A stretch of 35,178 nt of DNA from positions 1 through 35,178 of IMG/VR virus record IMGVR_UViG_3300046028_005878; one strand, given 5' to 3'. A program made the position numbers and the translations under genes. This document shows, in pieces, positions 33,724 through 35,178 of the stretch (its first letter is position 1; every line of letters starts with the position of its first letter). This DNA is from a virus (taxonomy: Duplodnaviria > Caudoviricetes). The notes beneath the pieces are model-generated. The model saw nothing but the letters and a program-made list of their open reading frames with translations. It made no database searches and had not been told where the DNA came from.

Positions 33724-34307
33724 TGATTGTGACGAAACTTAAAACCCGCAAGTGCAAAGTGTGTAAAGAGGTGTTTCAAAAGAAAACACCATTACATTGC
33801 TTATGCTCAGGCGCGTGCGCAACAAAGCACATGTTAGCGCTTAACGAGAAGAAAAAGAAACGAGAGCTAATAAATTCACGTAAAGACACTAAACAGAAGC
33901 TGGAAGCGATTAAACCATTAAGCAAATGGCTGAAAGAAGCAGAGCGTCACTGCAATAGATACGTTCGCATGCGTGACGCACATCTACCTTGCATAAGTTG
34001 CGGTACCACAAACCCAAGCATTCAGTATGCCGCTGGACATTTTAGAACAGTGAAAGCCGCGCCACAGCTTAGATTTAACTTAGATAACATTCATAAGCAA
34101 TGTAATAGCAATTGCAATAACCATCTAAGTGGAAACATTGCCAACTATCGCCCACGATTGATTAAGAGAATCGGAATTGATCGCGTTGAAGCTTTAGAAA
34201 ACAACAATGAGATTCACCGTTACACCATTGATGAAGCAAAAGCAGTATTAGCGGTATTTAGAAAGCTTTGCAGAGAGTTTAATAGTAATGAAAGGTTAGC
34301 CGCATAA
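33717..34307 (+). CDS. ninG: NinG/Rap recombination endonuclease
   Basis: RKCKVC..CS..CA; YVRMRD..PCISCG..AGHF..LRFNLDNIHKQC..CN..SGN..YR..LI.RIG. Confidence 0.9.
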   Translation: MVMIVTKLKTRKCKVCKEVFQKKTPLHCLCSGACATKHMLALNEKKKKRELINSRKDTKQKLEAIKPLSKWLKEAERHCNRYVRMRDAHLPCISCGTTNPSIQYAAGHFRTVKAAPQLRFNLDNIHKQCNSNCNNHLSGNIANYRPRLIKRIGIDRVEALENNNEIHRYTIDEAKAVLAVFRKLCREFNSNERLAA

Positions 34308-34389
34308 ATTCATGGAAGGTAGAAAGTATGCGTTGTAAGGGTGGGATTTACGTCCTATAAAATTAATAAATTTATTAAAAGGAATCAAG

Positions 34390-34545
34390 ATGGCTGAAGC
34401 ACTAATCAAGATTAAAGATTTACCCAATGGTGAAGTGGATGTGGAGGTTAAATTCCACCCAATGATTCAAGATAATTCACCTGCACATCAGTTGATAGCA
34501 GAGTTCGTTAAGTTGCAGAAACTAGAAGAAGTTAAACCAGGTTAA
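34390..34545 (+). CDS. hypothetical protein (51 aa)
   Basis: AAGGA RBS; MAEALIKIKDLPNGEVDVEVKF..SPAHQL. Confidence 0.6.
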   Translation: MAEALIKIKDLPNGEVDVEVKFHPMIQDNSPAHQLIAEFVKLQKLEEVKPG

Positions 34546-34554
34546 GGCTAATAT

Positions 34555-34965
34555 TTGCGCATACATTATGACACGCTAACCCTCCCTTTATGGGATGACT
34601 TAGGAACGCTTGTTGTGCGTTACAGGGGATTATTCCCCCGAAAATCTTTAAGACAGCGCAAGATTGATAATATTGAATTACTTAACAACGCGATAGTGGG
34701 GACGTGGCAAACTGCATCTGAACTCTCTAAGAATACTGGGATAGGCTTTCACCAGTGCGTTAAGTTATTGCAGATTGCGGTATGGCGGTATGACATTGAA
34801 ATGCGGGTTGAGGATTGGATAGATCACCGTCACCGCAACCGCAGTAGAACGCTCTATCGCAGGAAGTTTAAACCGATGGGATTATATGGAATATTTGGGC
34901 ACCAAGTAATAGATGTACCACATTGCGCAGCTAATATGCGTGTACACGTTTGTAAGGATGATTAA
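34555..34965 (+). CDS. hypothetical HTH-like protein
   Basis: WQTASELSKNTGIG; TTG start uncertain. Confidence 0.5.
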   Translation: MRIHYDTLTLPLWDDLGTLVVRYRGLFPRKSLRQRKIDNIELLNNAIVGTWQTASELSKNTGIGFHQCVKLLQIAVWRYDIEMRVEDWIDHRHRNRSRTLYRRKFKPMGLYGIFGHQVIDVPHCAANMRVHVCKDD

Positions 34966-34981
34966 ATGAAAGGAGATTCAA

Positions 34982-35178
34982 ATGAGTAAGGTGAGAGATT
35001 TTTTAATAAACGTTTTTTGCTGTAAAGCAGCTTCTCAGGCTCGAAAAACAGGAGAGAATCTCGGTGAGCGATTTTTAAAAAAGATTTATGCGGGAGAATC
35101 TTTAGTCGATTGTATGACTATATTTACCAGCAATCCAGCATCCGCCCTTTTAAGGGAAACCGCGGTATCTAAATTTCC
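34982..35178 (+). CDS. partial hypothetical protein (runs off the window)
   Basis: AAGGAG RBS; frame open to the window end. Confidence 0.55.
   Translation, partial: MSKVRDFLINVFCCKAASQARKTGENLGERFLKKIYAGESLVDCMTIFTSNPASALLRETAVSKF

Overview
Temperate (lambdoid-regulated, podovirus-like virion module) phage DNA, apparently in the excised/attP form because phage genes flank both sides of a tRNA-Pro 3' att core (14626-14653). Left to right: putative ejection/pilot genes (1-3337); a 3648-aa polyvalent protein (3415-14361: two HExxH-type zincin motifs, LPD1-, ART-PolyVal-, GNAT- and LPD38-like regions); attP; HNH; integrase/xis; the early-left operon (small genes, a tRNA-like structured RNA, FtsK-gamma fusion, exonuclease, HNH-AP2, RecT); PL/OL; rex-position accessory genes; cI/OR/cro/cII-like; replication initiator with iterons; nin-like genes (TraR-like, methyltransferase-like, DUF1367, NinG). 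The most striking feature is an intact zinc-finger/HNH/HTH endonuclease gene (4993-5706, minus strand) with its own promoter-like and RBS signals, nested codon-for-codon antisense inside the uninterrupted giant ORF. It avoids every codon (TTA/CTA/TCA) that would create a stop in the host frame. The giant gene also seems to carry up to three RBS-led small genes in its +1 frame. All family assignments come from motif recognition by eye, not database searches.
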